This document shows, in pieces, positions 31,393-40,964 of a DNA stretch of 64,000 nucleotides. A model generated the notes under the pieces. That model did no database searches. It saw only the letters and a list, made by a program, of their open reading frames with translations, and was not told where the DNA came from. Made by a program: the position numbers and the translations under genes. The first letter of the stretch is position 1. Every line of letters begins with the position of its first letter. The DNA comes from Candidatus Parcubacteria bacterium (GTDB lineage Bacteria > Patescibacteriota > Saccharimonadia > UBA4664 > JBIOIQ01). The stretch spans positions 68,396 to 132,395 of the forward strand of contig OY970378.1 of NCBI GenBank assembly GCA_963718875.1, written 5' to 3'.

Positions 31393-32870
31393 TAGTTCAC
31401 GTTACGGTTGTTAACCGGTTTGGAGTCGAATAGGAGTGTATTTGATTTGCTGTCGTATAAGTATAGTCGGATTGTGGTGAGGTCATAATATTCCATTTTG
31501 GCGCGGAAGGTTCGTTGGCTCATGGCAATATTAAAGTTGGCGGTGGCTTTGCCAGTGGGGTTTTTGCGGTCAATCGGTTCAAGATCAACGTTGGTTATAT
31601 CGACGACTTTGGGATTTAGGCTTGAGCTTAAGGCGTATTGGTAAATAGCGTACTTAAGGCTGCTTGACTGAGTGTTGGTTAAGCCATGCTTCATTAGTTC
31701 TTCTATGCCGGAATAGTTCCATTGGCTAGGCTTAAATGGTTCAATTTCCTTTGTATCTAGTTGTTCCGGAGAGGCAACGTAGGCGTTGTTACTGGAATCT
31801 AGCAGCAAAATTTGGTCATTTTCGTAAGCTACGACCTTTAAATTTGAAGGTATGGCCTGCCCTTTTGATAATTTAAAGCTTAGCTCAAAAATTTTGCCAG
31901 TTCCATCATCCAAGTATCCTGTGAGTTCGTTTTCGCCAACCGTTTCGACTGCAGCCCAAGCGTCGGCTGATCGGCTCCAGGCTGCTGTGCCAGAAAAGGC
32001 CGTATCGATGGTTGTGGGACTAGCCGTGTCGCTTAACGACAATAGTTGCAGGGGGCCGTTAACTTCGCTCAGGGCTTCTTGGCCTTTTTTAATTTCGATC
32101 GGGACTATTAATCCAGCTACCCCGCTGGTATTTAAAACAGTTAAACCTTTGAAATTGTCGTACAGGACTTGAACGGTTTGGTCTTTGATATTGAGCTGGC
32201 TCAAAGTGTGTTTATTGGCGGTATCGACTTTGTAAATAAGCTTATCTTGGTCCGCCCATAACAAATTCGGGCCATCAATTTTTGCCAAAGGGTTGTTGGG
32301 GCCACCTAATGATCCAGAGAATACCGTGTATTCGTATGGTTGGCTGCGGAAAAGTTGGATCTGGGTGTAGTAGTACGTCTCACCATCAATTGACCAAACG
32401 GCGCTATTTATAACTGTGCCGTCGGAAGCGGCGCCATCTGAAGACGGGCCTTGAGGCGAACCCACCAACTTTATTTGGCCGTTTGAGAATGATACAGACC
32501 ACCAGTATGATGCGTTGGACGGCAGTCGTTCTTGGTCAAGAATAGGCTTCAGCTGATCCAACGTGCTGTAGTCATTGGCTTTGAATAGGACACCATTTTT
32601 AGACCACTGGACTTCAAGAACGTTGGGTAGCGAATAGATTGGTGTTAGGGGGCTGGAGGCTTGAGTGGCCAGATCGAATTTTAAAAAGGTACTGCCGTTA
32701 AAATAGTAGGCTTCGGAAGGAGTTAGTTGGGCCGGATAACGAAAGTTGGAGGCTACAACTTTGCTAAAAAATAAGTTTTTTTGGGGAGACAATATTCTTT
32801 GCCCAAATAGCAGGATTGCAACCAAGACTACGGCTACTACAGCAACAGCAATTACTAATTTTTTATTCAT
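31392..32870 (-). CDS. secreted/membrane-anchored T4SS-associated protein (hypothetical, beta-rich)
   Basis: 492 aa, N-terminal signal anchor MNKKLVIAVAVVAVVLVAILLF, no recognisable catalytic motif; last gene of the minus-strand T4SS-like gene string. Confidence 0.5.
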   Translation of the reverse strand: MNKKLVIAVAVVAVVLVAILLFGQRILSPQKNLFFSKVVASNFRYPAQLTPSEAYYFNGSTFLKFDLATQASSPLTPIYSLPNVLEVQWSKNGVLFKANDYSTLDQLKPILDQERLPSNASYWWSVSFSNGQIKLVGSPQGPSSDGAASDGTVINSAVWSIDGETYYYTQIQLFRSQPYEYTVFSGSLGGPNNPLAKIDGPNLLWADQDKLIYKVDTANKHTLSQLNIKDQTVQVLYDNFKGLTVLNTSGVAGLIVPIEIKKGQEALSEVNGPLQLLSLSDTASPTTIDTAFSGTAAWSRSADAWAAVETVGENELTGYLDDGTGKIFELSFKLSKGQAIPSNLKVVAYENDQILLLDSSNNAYVASPEQLDTKEIEPFKPSQWNYSGIEELMKHGLTNTQSSSLKYAIYQYALSSSLNPKVVDITNVDLEPIDRKNPTGKATANFNIAMSQRTFRAKMEYYDLTTIRLYLYDSKSNTLLFDSKPVNNRNVN

Positions 32871-34045
32871 AGTACTCCCGGTAACTTTAGAAATGTGGAA
32901 ATTAAATTGGGCTGAGGGTCAATATAGTGCGTGCGCTCGGATTGGTCTTCGGTATTGGTAATCATAACGGAACTCATTTGAAAGTGGAGGTGTGGTGGGG
33001 TGCCTTCGGCGCAGGCAGACGGGCCAATAGTGCCTAGTTCTGTCCCGGCTGTTACTTCTTGTCCGTCGTGAATCTTAATAGACCCAGGTGACATGTGGGT
33101 GTAATAGTAATAAATGTTGTCAGTTCCCAAAATCTGCACCCTTGGTACATTTGTGCTTCCGGTACAAGTGGTGTCGACGGCTCTTATAACTGTACCGCCA
33201 ACAGCAGCCACAACTGGGGTGCCAATGGCGTCGAATATATCGGCCGCCCGGTAGTCGTGGTGACAGCTAGTGGGACTGTCGAAACACCAACCTCCAGCCG
33301 CCTTAATGGATTCTTGGGTGGTTTTTAGCGGAAATGTAAAATCGCCGCTAACCCCAAGTCCACCGCTGCAGGTGGGAGTGGTTCCTGGTGTAGGCGTGCT
33401 TACTGAAGCATTTGTGCTGCTTGTGGAGCTAGCATATAAATCATAGGCTTGTTGCGCATATTTGACGCGATCTTCAAAGTGAGCTCGGGCAGGATCTGGT
33501 CTTTCAAAACCGTCCATAAAAACCTTTGTGGCATCCCTTACTGTCGTTGTGCTTTTAAGGGTTGTTAAGGTTTCCCCATAGTCTTCGCTTAGTTCTTTCC
33601 ATAAAAAACCCAATTGGGGCTCGAGGGTGTTTACTGGCTTACTAACTGATTGGGCGTAGGCCACTAGTTTTTCTTGTCGCGATGGGAAGGTCCATTGGGC
33701 TATGCCAAAGCCTTCGTGTGGGTAGGGGTTGGGGTCTCCTTTGTGATTAGGGTTTTCTTGGGCAGTTGGGTCAATGATGCCGGCGCCTGATTCCCAGCGG
33801 ATGTTTCCTACTATGCCGGCGGATTGTTCCGGAGTTAGCCCTTGGCTGACAAAATATTTAAACGACGTTTCAATAGCGTCTGAGCCAATAAAAATTCCAG
33901 TGTCCTCCACGGTTTTACAGCGTTTTTCAGCATTATAATAAATTGCGTCGTAGTCGACAGATATTGGTACGTCGGCCAGAACTTGGGCTGGGAGCAAACC
34001 GATTAAAAGTGCCAATATAAGACGTCGTTTGATATAGGTTATCAT
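32867..34045 (-). CDS. secreted bifunctional cell-wall hydrolase: lysozyme-like domain + M23 (LytM) peptidase
   Basis: Signal peptide; GIVGNIRWESG...EGFGIAQWTFPSR resembles the phage-tail-type lysozyme family. C-terminal HHDYRAADIFDAIGTPVVAAVGGTV...THMSPGSIKIHDGQEV...PPHLHFQ is an M23 peptidase (HxxxD ... HxH). Confidence 0.6.
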   Translation of the reverse strand: MITYIKRRLILALLIGLLPAQVLADVPISVDYDAIYYNAEKRCKTVEDTGIFIGSDAIETSFKYFVSQGLTPEQSAGIVGNIRWESGAGIIDPTAQENPNHKGDPNPYPHEGFGIAQWTFPSRQEKLVAYAQSVSKPVNTLEPQLGFLWKELSEDYGETLTTLKSTTTVRDATKVFMDGFERPDPARAHFEDRVKYAQQAYDLYASSTSSTNASVSTPTPGTTPTCSGGLGVSGDFTFPLKTTQESIKAAGGWCFDSPTSCHHDYRAADIFDAIGTPVVAAVGGTVIRAVDTTCTGSTNVPRVQILGTDNIYYYYTHMSPGSIKIHDGQEVTAGTELGTIGPSACAEGTPPHLHFQMSSVMITNTEDQSERTHYIDPQPNLISTFLKLPGVL

Positions 34046-34048
34046 AGA

Positions 34049-36679
34049 TTAACTTCCGGTTACCGACCAGTGCCAAGGTTCGTTGGGAAGCAAGCCCTTA
34101 AGCCCATAGGTCCCAGCATTTTGTGATAACCAGGCAAAGCATTGATCTCCCCTGGACACTAGGCTGCCATTGCAGCTGAAGTCGATGGCGAGTCCCATTT
34201 GGTGGTTTGATTTACCTGGTGGGGCTACCTCTGCCCCACCTGAATCTCCGTTAAAAAGGTCCTGTTGGTGTTGCATGGTACGGAAGGTGCTGGTAGCCGC
34301 AATAGGTAGGTTGGCCGCTTTGGCGGCTGTTGCCAGGGCCAGGAAGGCTCCTGAGGCTCGCGAATTAACTAAGGCTAGGCCGTTGGCGCCGTTGATGTAG
34401 TATGGATCCCCTGGCGAGCTTTCTCTACTGCTACTCGCTAGGTTGGGGAGGGTGCAAAGTTTGATTTGGATGGGCGCCTCATTGTGATAGCCAGTATGGT
34501 TGCCGACTTCATTGGTTCCGGGAGAGCAGCCAATATTATCCGAGGGCTGGAAAACAGTGTTTAAATCAATTGTTCCACCAGCCGTAGTGCTGCTGCCGCC
34601 TACACCCGCAGCTGTAAGAAGAGGGTTTTTGTTTTTTAAACGCATAATGCCATGGATAACCATTTGGTCGGCTTTATATTGGCCGTAGCGTTGGGCGTCA
34701 ATGTCGCCTGCAAGGTTGTCGCATTTAGAGTTTGGGCCATCAATAATTCGTTGGGCGTAATCCTCAGAACTGCCGCCGTAGCACTTGTCATACTTACTCT
34801 TGAATGTTGCCAAGTTAGCTTCAATGTACTTGGCGTTTTCAAGTACTGGCCAGGTGGGAGCGTTGAGCGGAATCCCTACAAATGGTTGGCCAGTTACCGG
34901 GTCAACTGGGTCGGCCGCAAAGGCAGTTGGGGGTGAAACGGTGGCTAGGGCAAGCCGTCCGCTAGATAGTGCAAACTTGGCTGGACTAAAAATGGTCCCA
35001 AAAAAGTGGTTAATTTGCGCCAACATTCCGGAGGGTGATGATGGAATGGCAAACAAGGATTGGGTAAGTACGGAGCGAGGGTTGTTGGTATCAACTAGGC
35101 GCCAGGCAAGCCCTTTTTTCTTATCTAGAGCCAATCGCTCTTGGTGGATGACGGTTTCAAGAGCAACGTTTTCTGCAGGGGTGAGTTGTTTGCAACCGGC
35201 GCTGAAACAGGCGTTGTCGGCAATTATTTTGGTGCCTCCAGACATATAGTTGCCCCAGGCAAGTGGGCTGGCATTGGCTGATATGGCGGTGTGGGCCATT
35301 TGGGAAACTACGTGTACAGCCAAAGCTTTGCCGGCGATTCCAGCAAAAACTACCGCCCCGCCCGCTACAATCGATCCGACTACAGCTCCAACAGTGACGT
35401 TAACACCCGGAGTAAGAACAGCTCCTACTAAAAGCACTACTCCAGCGCCCGCTACCGCAAATTGCACGCCGGGCTTTAGGATGTAGGAACAAGCTTCTTC
35501 AATTTTAGGAATGCCTAAAAAGAAATTGAGAGCCTTGCCAACATTACCACCCGGTGGAGTGTTGGTTGGCTTGGCTTCATCACTAAGGCCTGGGCCGGTA
35601 ATCGGTTGCCCTGAAGCTTGCTGCGCGCCAGCGCTGTTTACAAAAGATTCTTGGCTGTTATCGAGCTTACTAGCAACGGCGCCAATGCCCGCTAATGGAA
35701 CTTGTCCTTGTTTTTGCCCATCGGCCCAAGCGTAAACCGACTCAGCGGCTTTTACGAGGCCTTCGGCCTTGTAAGCAATATAGGCTTTTTTGGAGGCACC
35801 CCAAATGTCTATGGCAATGCAGGCGATGGTCACTTTTGAAAAAATACTCAGGGCTTTACCAGTTGATTCAATTAACCTGGTAGCCGTGTTTTCAACCACA
35901 ACTTTGGGGTCACCGCCGTCTTGTACACCCTTTTTTGTTTCATCAACTGTGTCTTTAACCTCAGCGTCTGGAATTCCGCCTGGTCCCTTGCCTGGATCGT
36001 CAACTTTTGACTGAAGATCTTTGTCGACCGCCGCTTTTATGTCCGCGTCTGGTTTGGTGGTGTCTATGCTCGCTACCGAACGGTCTCTGACTTTGAATCT
36101 TGAATCGGTGTCGGCTCCTGGTGAACCCGATAAGTCTGATTTCATGTATGCGTCAACGTCGGCCTGGAGTTTTATTCGTTCCGGCGAGTCAAGATCAACT
36201 GGCAAGGGACCTTCGCCTTTAGCTTGAGATAGTTGGAGGTCCAGCGGGGCTTCTTTGGGTGCTGGGGCTTGACCTGCTTTTCCGGCTGGCACTGCTCTAG
36301 CGGCTTCCAGCGAGGCAGCAATGCGTTGGGATACAACTCGATTAAATTTGGCAAAGCGGTAAGAAATAAACAGCTCTTTTACGTGGTTAAGCTTAAACAA
36401 AAACAAGAACATAAAAAACAATATAAACGGTGCTAGAATTCCAATAATGCCGCCAACGCCAGCAATCATTTTCCAGCGTTTACTCAAGCCATTGATTTTG
36501 CCCTTCATGTTTTGGGCTTTCCCTTTGGATGATGCGCCTAGGCCAATTCCGTTTGCGCTTCCTCCGCCTCCGGGTTGGCTATCTTGGGCAAACTGATCGC
36601 GTGCGTCGTTTGAGGCAGTTTGTGGGGCCGACTCGTCTTGGGCGGTTGTTTCGTCTTCTGGTAGGGTACCCAGTGCCAT
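34049..36679 (-). CDS. large membrane protein with C-terminal M15 (VanY/LAS-type) peptidoglycan peptidase domain
   Basis: 876 aa; TM helix near residue 70, long Asp/Lys-rich linker, a Gly/Ala/Val-rich hydrophobic block, and C-terminal SNHQMGLAIDF...EPWHW characteristic of peptidase M15. Confidence 0.6.
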   Translation of the reverse strand: MALGTLPEDETTAQDESAPQTASNDARDQFAQDSQPGGGGSANGIGLGASSKGKAQNMKGKINGLSKRWKMIAGVGGIIGILAPFILFFMFLFLFKLNHVKELFISYRFAKFNRVVSQRIAASLEAARAVPAGKAGQAPAPKEAPLDLQLSQAKGEGPLPVDLDSPERIKLQADVDAYMKSDLSGSPGADTDSRFKVRDRSVASIDTTKPDADIKAAVDKDLQSKVDDPGKGPGGIPDAEVKDTVDETKKGVQDGGDPKVVVENTATRLIESTGKALSIFSKVTIACIAIDIWGASKKAYIAYKAEGLVKAAESVYAWADGQKQGQVPLAGIGAVASKLDNSQESFVNSAGAQQASGQPITGPGLSDEAKPTNTPPGGNVGKALNFFLGIPKIEEACSYILKPGVQFAVAGAGVVLLVGAVLTPGVNVTVGAVVGSIVAGGAVVFAGIAGKALAVHVVSQMAHTAISANASPLAWGNYMSGGTKIIADNACFSAGCKQLTPAENVALETVIHQERLALDKKKGLAWRLVDTNNPRSVLTQSLFAIPSSPSGMLAQINHFFGTIFSPAKFALSSGRLALATVSPPTAFAADPVDPVTGQPFVGIPLNAPTWPVLENAKYIEANLATFKSKYDKCYGGSSEDYAQRIIDGPNSKCDNLAGDIDAQRYGQYKADQMVIHGIMRLKNKNPLLTAAGVGGSSTTAGGTIDLNTVFQPSDNIGCSPGTNEVGNHTGYHNEAPIQIKLCTLPNLASSSRESSPGDPYYINGANGLALVNSRASGAFLALATAAKAANLPIAATSTFRTMQHQQDLFNGDSGGAEVAPPGKSNHQMGLAIDFSCNGSLVSRGDQCFAWLSQNAGTYGLKGLLPNEPWHWSVTGS

Positions 36680-36680
36680 A

Positions 36681-38549
36681 CTAGGCTACCTCGCTGCCTT
36701 GCGTGTAGCGTTCTTCAATTGATGGCGGATTGCTTTGGATCAAGTCGGACTCCGTGGCGGATGCTAAGATACGAATAATAACGTGGTTGAGGCCAGCAAA
36801 AAACAAACCTTCCCCTACTGGGAACTGGCTTAAACGGGCTTTTTCAGCTCCCGTTAGCTTAAAGGTGTCGGCTACAATATCTACGGCTGATGGGGCTTGT
36901 TTTAAAAGTAATTGCAAAGACGAGTTGGCAACTACAGCCCGGCCTAGCCTGGAACTAAGGAAGTCTTCGACGTCTTGGGAAATTGTAGTTAGGCCTAGTG
37001 AATACTTGCGGGCGCGCTTGGCGATTGAGAACATAAAGTTGGCTGAGTCGTCGTAGCGCATTAATTGCCAGGCTTCATCGACAATCAAAATACGTTTGCG
37101 CTTGTCGGATTTAACCTTATTCCAGATGTAATTCAGGATAATGTACATGGCGACTGGCCGCAGCTCGTCTTCGAGGTCGCGAATGTTAAACACTACAAAT
37201 TGGTTATTGATGTCGACATTTGATTGCTGGCTAAAAATACCAGAAAACGTACCGGTAGTGTATTTACGCAACCGTTGGGCTAGTGCTGGTCCATTACCGC
37301 TCATGCTTTCGAGCATACTATAAAGGTCATTCATGGTTGGCGGTGTAGCAGCATGGGTTAGAGGATCATTAGTAATGCCAGCTTTGGCGTAGGTGTTAAT
37401 GATGGCCACATCTAAGTCAGCGTCTTCGGCCGGAGTAAGTGCCCCATAATTGGCTTGGCTGGCGGTTTGAGTGCCAGCTTGGGCTTGGGCGCCACCCATC
37501 ATCAACCGCAGTAACCCATGGAGAGTAATAATATTGGCCCGGAGAGAATTATCGGCATCTTCGTCATCGAGAACCCGTGGCAGGTCAAATGGGTTGAGGC
37601 GAGTATCGGAGGCTAAGGAGACGCGCAGGTAGCTCCCCCCTACGGCATCACTGAGGGTGCGATATTCGTCTTCTGGGTCAATAATTATGACTTCAGTACC
37701 AAGCATTAGTGAGCGCAAAGCCTCTAGTTTTACAGCAAAACTTTTACCAGCGCCAGATTTGGCAAATACTACCATGTTGGCGTTTTCCAGACTAAAGCGG
37801 TCAAACAATACTAGTCCGTTGTTGTGGCGGTTAAGTCCATAAAGCACGCCTTCGTTGCGTGATAACTCGGTGGAGGTAAAAGGAAAACAGGTAGAAATAG
37901 CGCCGGTGCTCATATTGCGGCTAATCTGGAGTTGGTCGCTAGCAATCGGCAAAGTTGAATTAAAGGCTTGTTCCATTTGCAGAGAAGCCGGCTTGGTGTA
38001 GACAAGTGATTGGCCAAACATGCCTTCGATTTTGCGTTGCATGGTGGTAAGTTCTTCTAGGCTATCAGCGTACATTGTGACATAGAGGCCAAAGCGGAAA
38101 AAACGTTCCTCCCCAACTTGTAGTTTGTCGCGTAGCTCTTCGGCATCGACTATGGCTGCCTCTAGCCCCGGGTCGCGTACCCGGCCTTTTTCTTGGTTGA
38201 TGGTGTAGGAAGCTTGCAGCTCCCCTACCTTGCGGCGTAAATTGTTAAGGACCACTTGGCTCTCAACTGGGTAAATGTTGATACTGATGTCGAGTATTTC
38301 ATCGAGGTTAATGAGAGGGGAAAGCCAGCCGGTAAAAATTTGGCGGGGGTAGCCGTAAACGTACAACGTTCGGGCAAAGCGCTTTCCCAGCTGAAGGTAG
38401 GACGACTCAATTTTAAGAGACGGCGGCGCAATGAGGTCACGCATAGTAACAATTCCCTGACGGTAAACTGTCTCGGCTTCTTGCTGATCGCGGGCTTTTT
38501 GGCCTTCAGCCAGCATCACTGGATCGACTTTTGGTTTAAATAGACCCAC
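36681..38549 (-). CDS. virB4: VirB4/TrbE-family type IV secretion ATPase (ATPase domain ORF)
   Basis: Walker A VVFAKSGAGKSFA, Walker B ILIVDEAWQLM, plus conserved TISQDVEDF / FAGLNH C-terminal motifs. Confidence 0.85.
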   Translation of the reverse strand: MGLFKPKVDPVMLAEGQKARDQQEAETVYRQGIVTMRDLIAPPSLKIESSYLQLGKRFARTLYVYGYPRQIFTGWLSPLINLDEILDISINIYPVESQVVLNNLRRKVGELQASYTINQEKGRVRDPGLEAAIVDAEELRDKLQVGEERFFRFGLYVTMYADSLEELTTMQRKIEGMFGQSLVYTKPASLQMEQAFNSTLPIASDQLQISRNMSTGAISTCFPFTSTELSRNEGVLYGLNRHNNGLVLFDRFSLENANMVVFAKSGAGKSFAVKLEALRSLMLGTEVIIIDPEDEYRTLSDAVGGSYLRVSLASDTRLNPFDLPRVLDDEDADNSLRANIITLHGLLRLMMGGAQAQAGTQTASQANYGALTPAEDADLDVAIINTYAKAGITNDPLTHAATPPTMNDLYSMLESMSGNGPALAQRLRKYTTGTFSGIFSQQSNVDINNQFVVFNIRDLEDELRPVAMYIILNYIWNKVKSDKRKRILIVDEAWQLMRYDDSANFMFSIAKRARKYSLGLTTISQDVEDFLSSRLGRAVVANSSLQLLLKQAPSAVDIVADTFKLTGAEKARLSQFPVGEGLFFAGLNHVIIRILASATESDLIQSNPPSIEERYTQGSEVA

Positions 38550-38562
38550 TGGGAACCTCCGC

Positions 38563-38667
38563 GAATAATGAATAATGAATCATGAATAAAGGGAAACTGT
38601 CTTGCGTTTTGACCCTATAATTCTTAATTCTTAATTCGTGATTCTTAATTCGTGATTCGTGATTCGT
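38563..38667. repeat. inverted arrays of AT-rich heptamer repeats (GAATAAT-like / TRATTCK) in the virB4N-virB4C gap
   Basis: GAATAATGAATAATGAATCATGAATAAAG (38563-38591) and TAATTCTTAATTCTTAATTCGTGATTCTTAATTCGTGATTCGTGATTCG (38627-38667) are reverse complements of the same 7-bp family. Confidence 0.7.
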
Positions 38668-38674
38668 TTGCATA

Positions 38675-39433
38675 TTATTGTCCAAATGGTCCTGCTAATG
38701 GTGGTGGCGGGGCTTGACCTACGCCCTTGGTGACGGCAGCTGTTTGGAGTTGGCTAGCGTCAATCATTTTTTGGTTAGGGGCAACGTCTGGGTTGTAGGA
38801 AGCATAGTAGAGGTCAATGAGCTCTTGGGTATTGAGCGGGATGGCTCTAAGTCCCATTTGCGCGAGCCCCGCTGATACTAGCTGTACGCGTTGGGCTAGT
38901 TCGGATTTGGCTTTCTCGAAATCAGCGGCTGTAACAGTTATAACGGGTACCGGTTTAAAGATATTGGCGAGTCCTGAAGCCACATTGATTTTTGAAGGGT
39001 CAAGATGGGGGTAAAACGGCACCACAATAAAAAACAACTTGTCCATAATGTTGACTTCTTCGATCAAGCCCTTGATGTTAGCTATGTAATCGTCCATAAG
39101 CTCGGCTAAAAGTGCATTGCCTTGGTCTGAGCGAAGCTTACCAAGGTTGTCGATGTAGCTATCGAGGTCAATTTTTTGGGATTTAATTACAATTTGAAGC
39201 GGGAAATGTAAAGAGTTTAAAAATCCTTGATAAGCATATTCTACGGCGTCTTGTTCTTGCTGGCTCATCAGGTCAAAATTGATGGCGCTGGTCAAAATGA
39301 CTGCGCGCAAACTGCCATCGCGCAACACCACAACTCCATCTTTAATTTCAGATATCAGGAGGCTGCCTTGGGTGCTTTTGGTGCTGGCAGTTACAGGATG
39401 GGCTGGTTGGTTGATGGGGGGAGTTTTTGCCAT
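38675..39433 (-). CDS. VirB4 N-terminal-domain protein (separate ORF)
   Basis: 252 aa; LRDGSLRAVILTSAINFDLMSQQEQDAVEYAYQGFLNSLHFPLQIVIKSQKIDL resembles the N-terminal domain of VirB4/TraC-type proteins. A 125-bp gap to the ATPase ORF is filled by heptamer repeats. Confidence 0.5.
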   Translation of the reverse strand: MAKTPPINQPAHPVTASTKSTQGSLLISEIKDGVVVLRDGSLRAVILTSAINFDLMSQQEQDAVEYAYQGFLNSLHFPLQIVIKSQKIDLDSYIDNLGKLRSDQGNALLAELMDDYIANIKGLIEEVNIMDKLFFIVVPFYPHLDPSKINVASGLANIFKPVPVITVTAADFEKAKSELAQRVQLVSAGLAQMGLRAIPLNTQELIDLYYASYNPDVAPNQKMIDASQLQTAAVTKGVGQAPPPPLAGPFGQ

Positions 39434-39573
39434 TAAACATTAACCTTAGTTAAGTAAGAAACAAGCTACAAGATACAAGAAACAGATAGCTTCAATATTC
39501 AAATTTTCAAACAAGTGGAAAGTTTTTGTCGCTTGGGTATTTGTATCTTGTCTTTTGTGTCTTGGAACTTGCC

Positions 39574-40599
39574 CTAGGCTGCGGGCTGATCTGGATGTAT
39601 CGCTACGGCTTGGCCTTCCACAAGTACTGCCGGGCTGGTGGCCTGGGCGGCAATTTGGCTCACCTGGCTCACCTTCAGGTCGGGCGTCTCCATGGCTCTC
39701 TTTAGTATATCAGCAATGGGATTTGTAGTCATCTCGCTTATGTTGGCTTGGGCTGTTTGGACCACGGCTGCAGAGGGTACGATGGCTGGCGGAATGGGTG
39801 CTGACTGCATTACAGCTGTTGGAGCAGTTTCTGGACTGGGCGTAGGAACTGAATTAGGTTGGACTGACAGAGTCGGAAGGTTTTGACTTTGAGTGGGGGC
39901 TGTTGGCTTGGTAAGGTCGCCGGGGTGAGCGTGGATTGGTGAGGGAAGTTCTTCGCGGATTTTTTGCATGACCTCGTCGTGAATACTTTTTTCGGAGTCC
40001 TCAATCAGGACGCTCAAGTTGCGGGCAGACTGATTGTTATCAAGGTCGAGCATGTCGTCTTCCATGTTGACTACGGATGTGGGTCGAATAGGAGCTATGT
40101 CGAGTTCATTGGTCTTTAAACGCCCGTCCAAGTCTATTACCGGATGTTCTGTGGGCTCCTGTACCTCTGGCTGCTTGCTTTCCCATCCCCTGGTATCAAC
40201 TATTTGGGCTAATTTTTCGAGCTGGCCGCGGACTTCGCGTGGGTCGCGGTGGGCTTCTTCGGGTTTGGGCAATGGTTGCTCAATTTTGAACACTTCTGCA
40301 ACATCCTCCTTAAGCCAGATGCGCTGACGAGGCTTAAACCAAAAGTTAACCAGTGCTAAAAAGTAGGCTTCAAATGGCTGGCCCTCACGTTGGTAAAGGC
40401 CAAGCAGTAGCATCATAGCTGTGGGTGGGACTCCAATAAGTACAAAAAGTATTAGGGCTTTTTTGAATATCTGAAAAGTCAGCAGTCCGTAGGCTACGCC
40501 AATAACGGCGTAAATGAACTGCTTAAGGGTTAAAACCCCAATTATCTTATCTTCGGCTTCGACGTCCTGAGGGACTTTATACTGACCCATTAAGCACAA
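39574..40599 (-). CDS. VirB3-like small-membrane-domain protein with long Pro-rich C-terminal extension
   Basis: The first ~100 aa hold two TM helices (LKQFIYAVIGVAYGLLTF / LILFVLIGVPPTAMMLLLG) immediately upstream of virB4, as for VirB3/PrgI; the remainder is an acidic/proline-rich low-complexity tail. Confidence 0.45.
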   Translation of the reverse strand: MCLMGQYKVPQDVEAEDKIIGVLTLKQFIYAVIGVAYGLLTFQIFKKALILFVLIGVPPTAMMLLLGLYQREGQPFEAYFLALVNFWFKPRQRIWLKEDVAEVFKIEQPLPKPEEAHRDPREVRGQLEKLAQIVDTRGWESKQPEVQEPTEHPVIDLDGRLKTNELDIAPIRPTSVVNMEDDMLDLDNNQSARNLSVLIEDSEKSIHDEVMQKIREELPSPIHAHPGDLTKPTAPTQSQNLPTLSVQPNSVPTPSPETAPTAVMQSAPIPPAIVPSAAVVQTAQANISEMTTNPIADILKRAMETPDLKVSQVSQIAAQATSPAVLVEGQAVAIHPDQPAA

Positions 40600-40700
40600 G
40601 TATAACTCATCTTGGTAATGAACTACGAATATTGAATAAGGAATTATGAATGAAGAGACTTGGAGTTGACAAAAGTTGAACGATTTGATAAGTTAAACGT

Positions 40701-40931
40701 ATGAAAACCGTTATACTTTCAAGTAAATACCAAGTGGTTATTCCTAAAGAGATTAGGGAGTCATTGAATCTTAAGCCTGGGCAAAAACTGCATGTGCAAA
40801 AGGGTAAGAACGGTGCTGTGGAGATTCAAACAAAATCGGCTTTGGATGAGTTATATGGTAGCGTGCCAGGCGTGTGGGGAGATGACGCAGTGGCTTACAT
40901 TCGGAAACAACGCGATGATTGGGAAGGCTAG
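40701..40931 (+). CDS. vapB: AbrB/MazE-fold antitoxin (VapB-like)
   Basis: 76 aa, MKTVILSSKYQVVIPKEIRESLNLKPGQKL swapped-hairpin motif. Confidence 0.65.
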   Translation: MKTVILSSKYQVVIPKEIRESLNLKPGQKLHVQKGKNGAVEIQTKSALDELYGSVPGVWGDDAVAYIRKQRDDWEG

Positions 40932-40964
40932 TTGTTGCTTTCTGCGGATGAACAGTAGGCAAAA

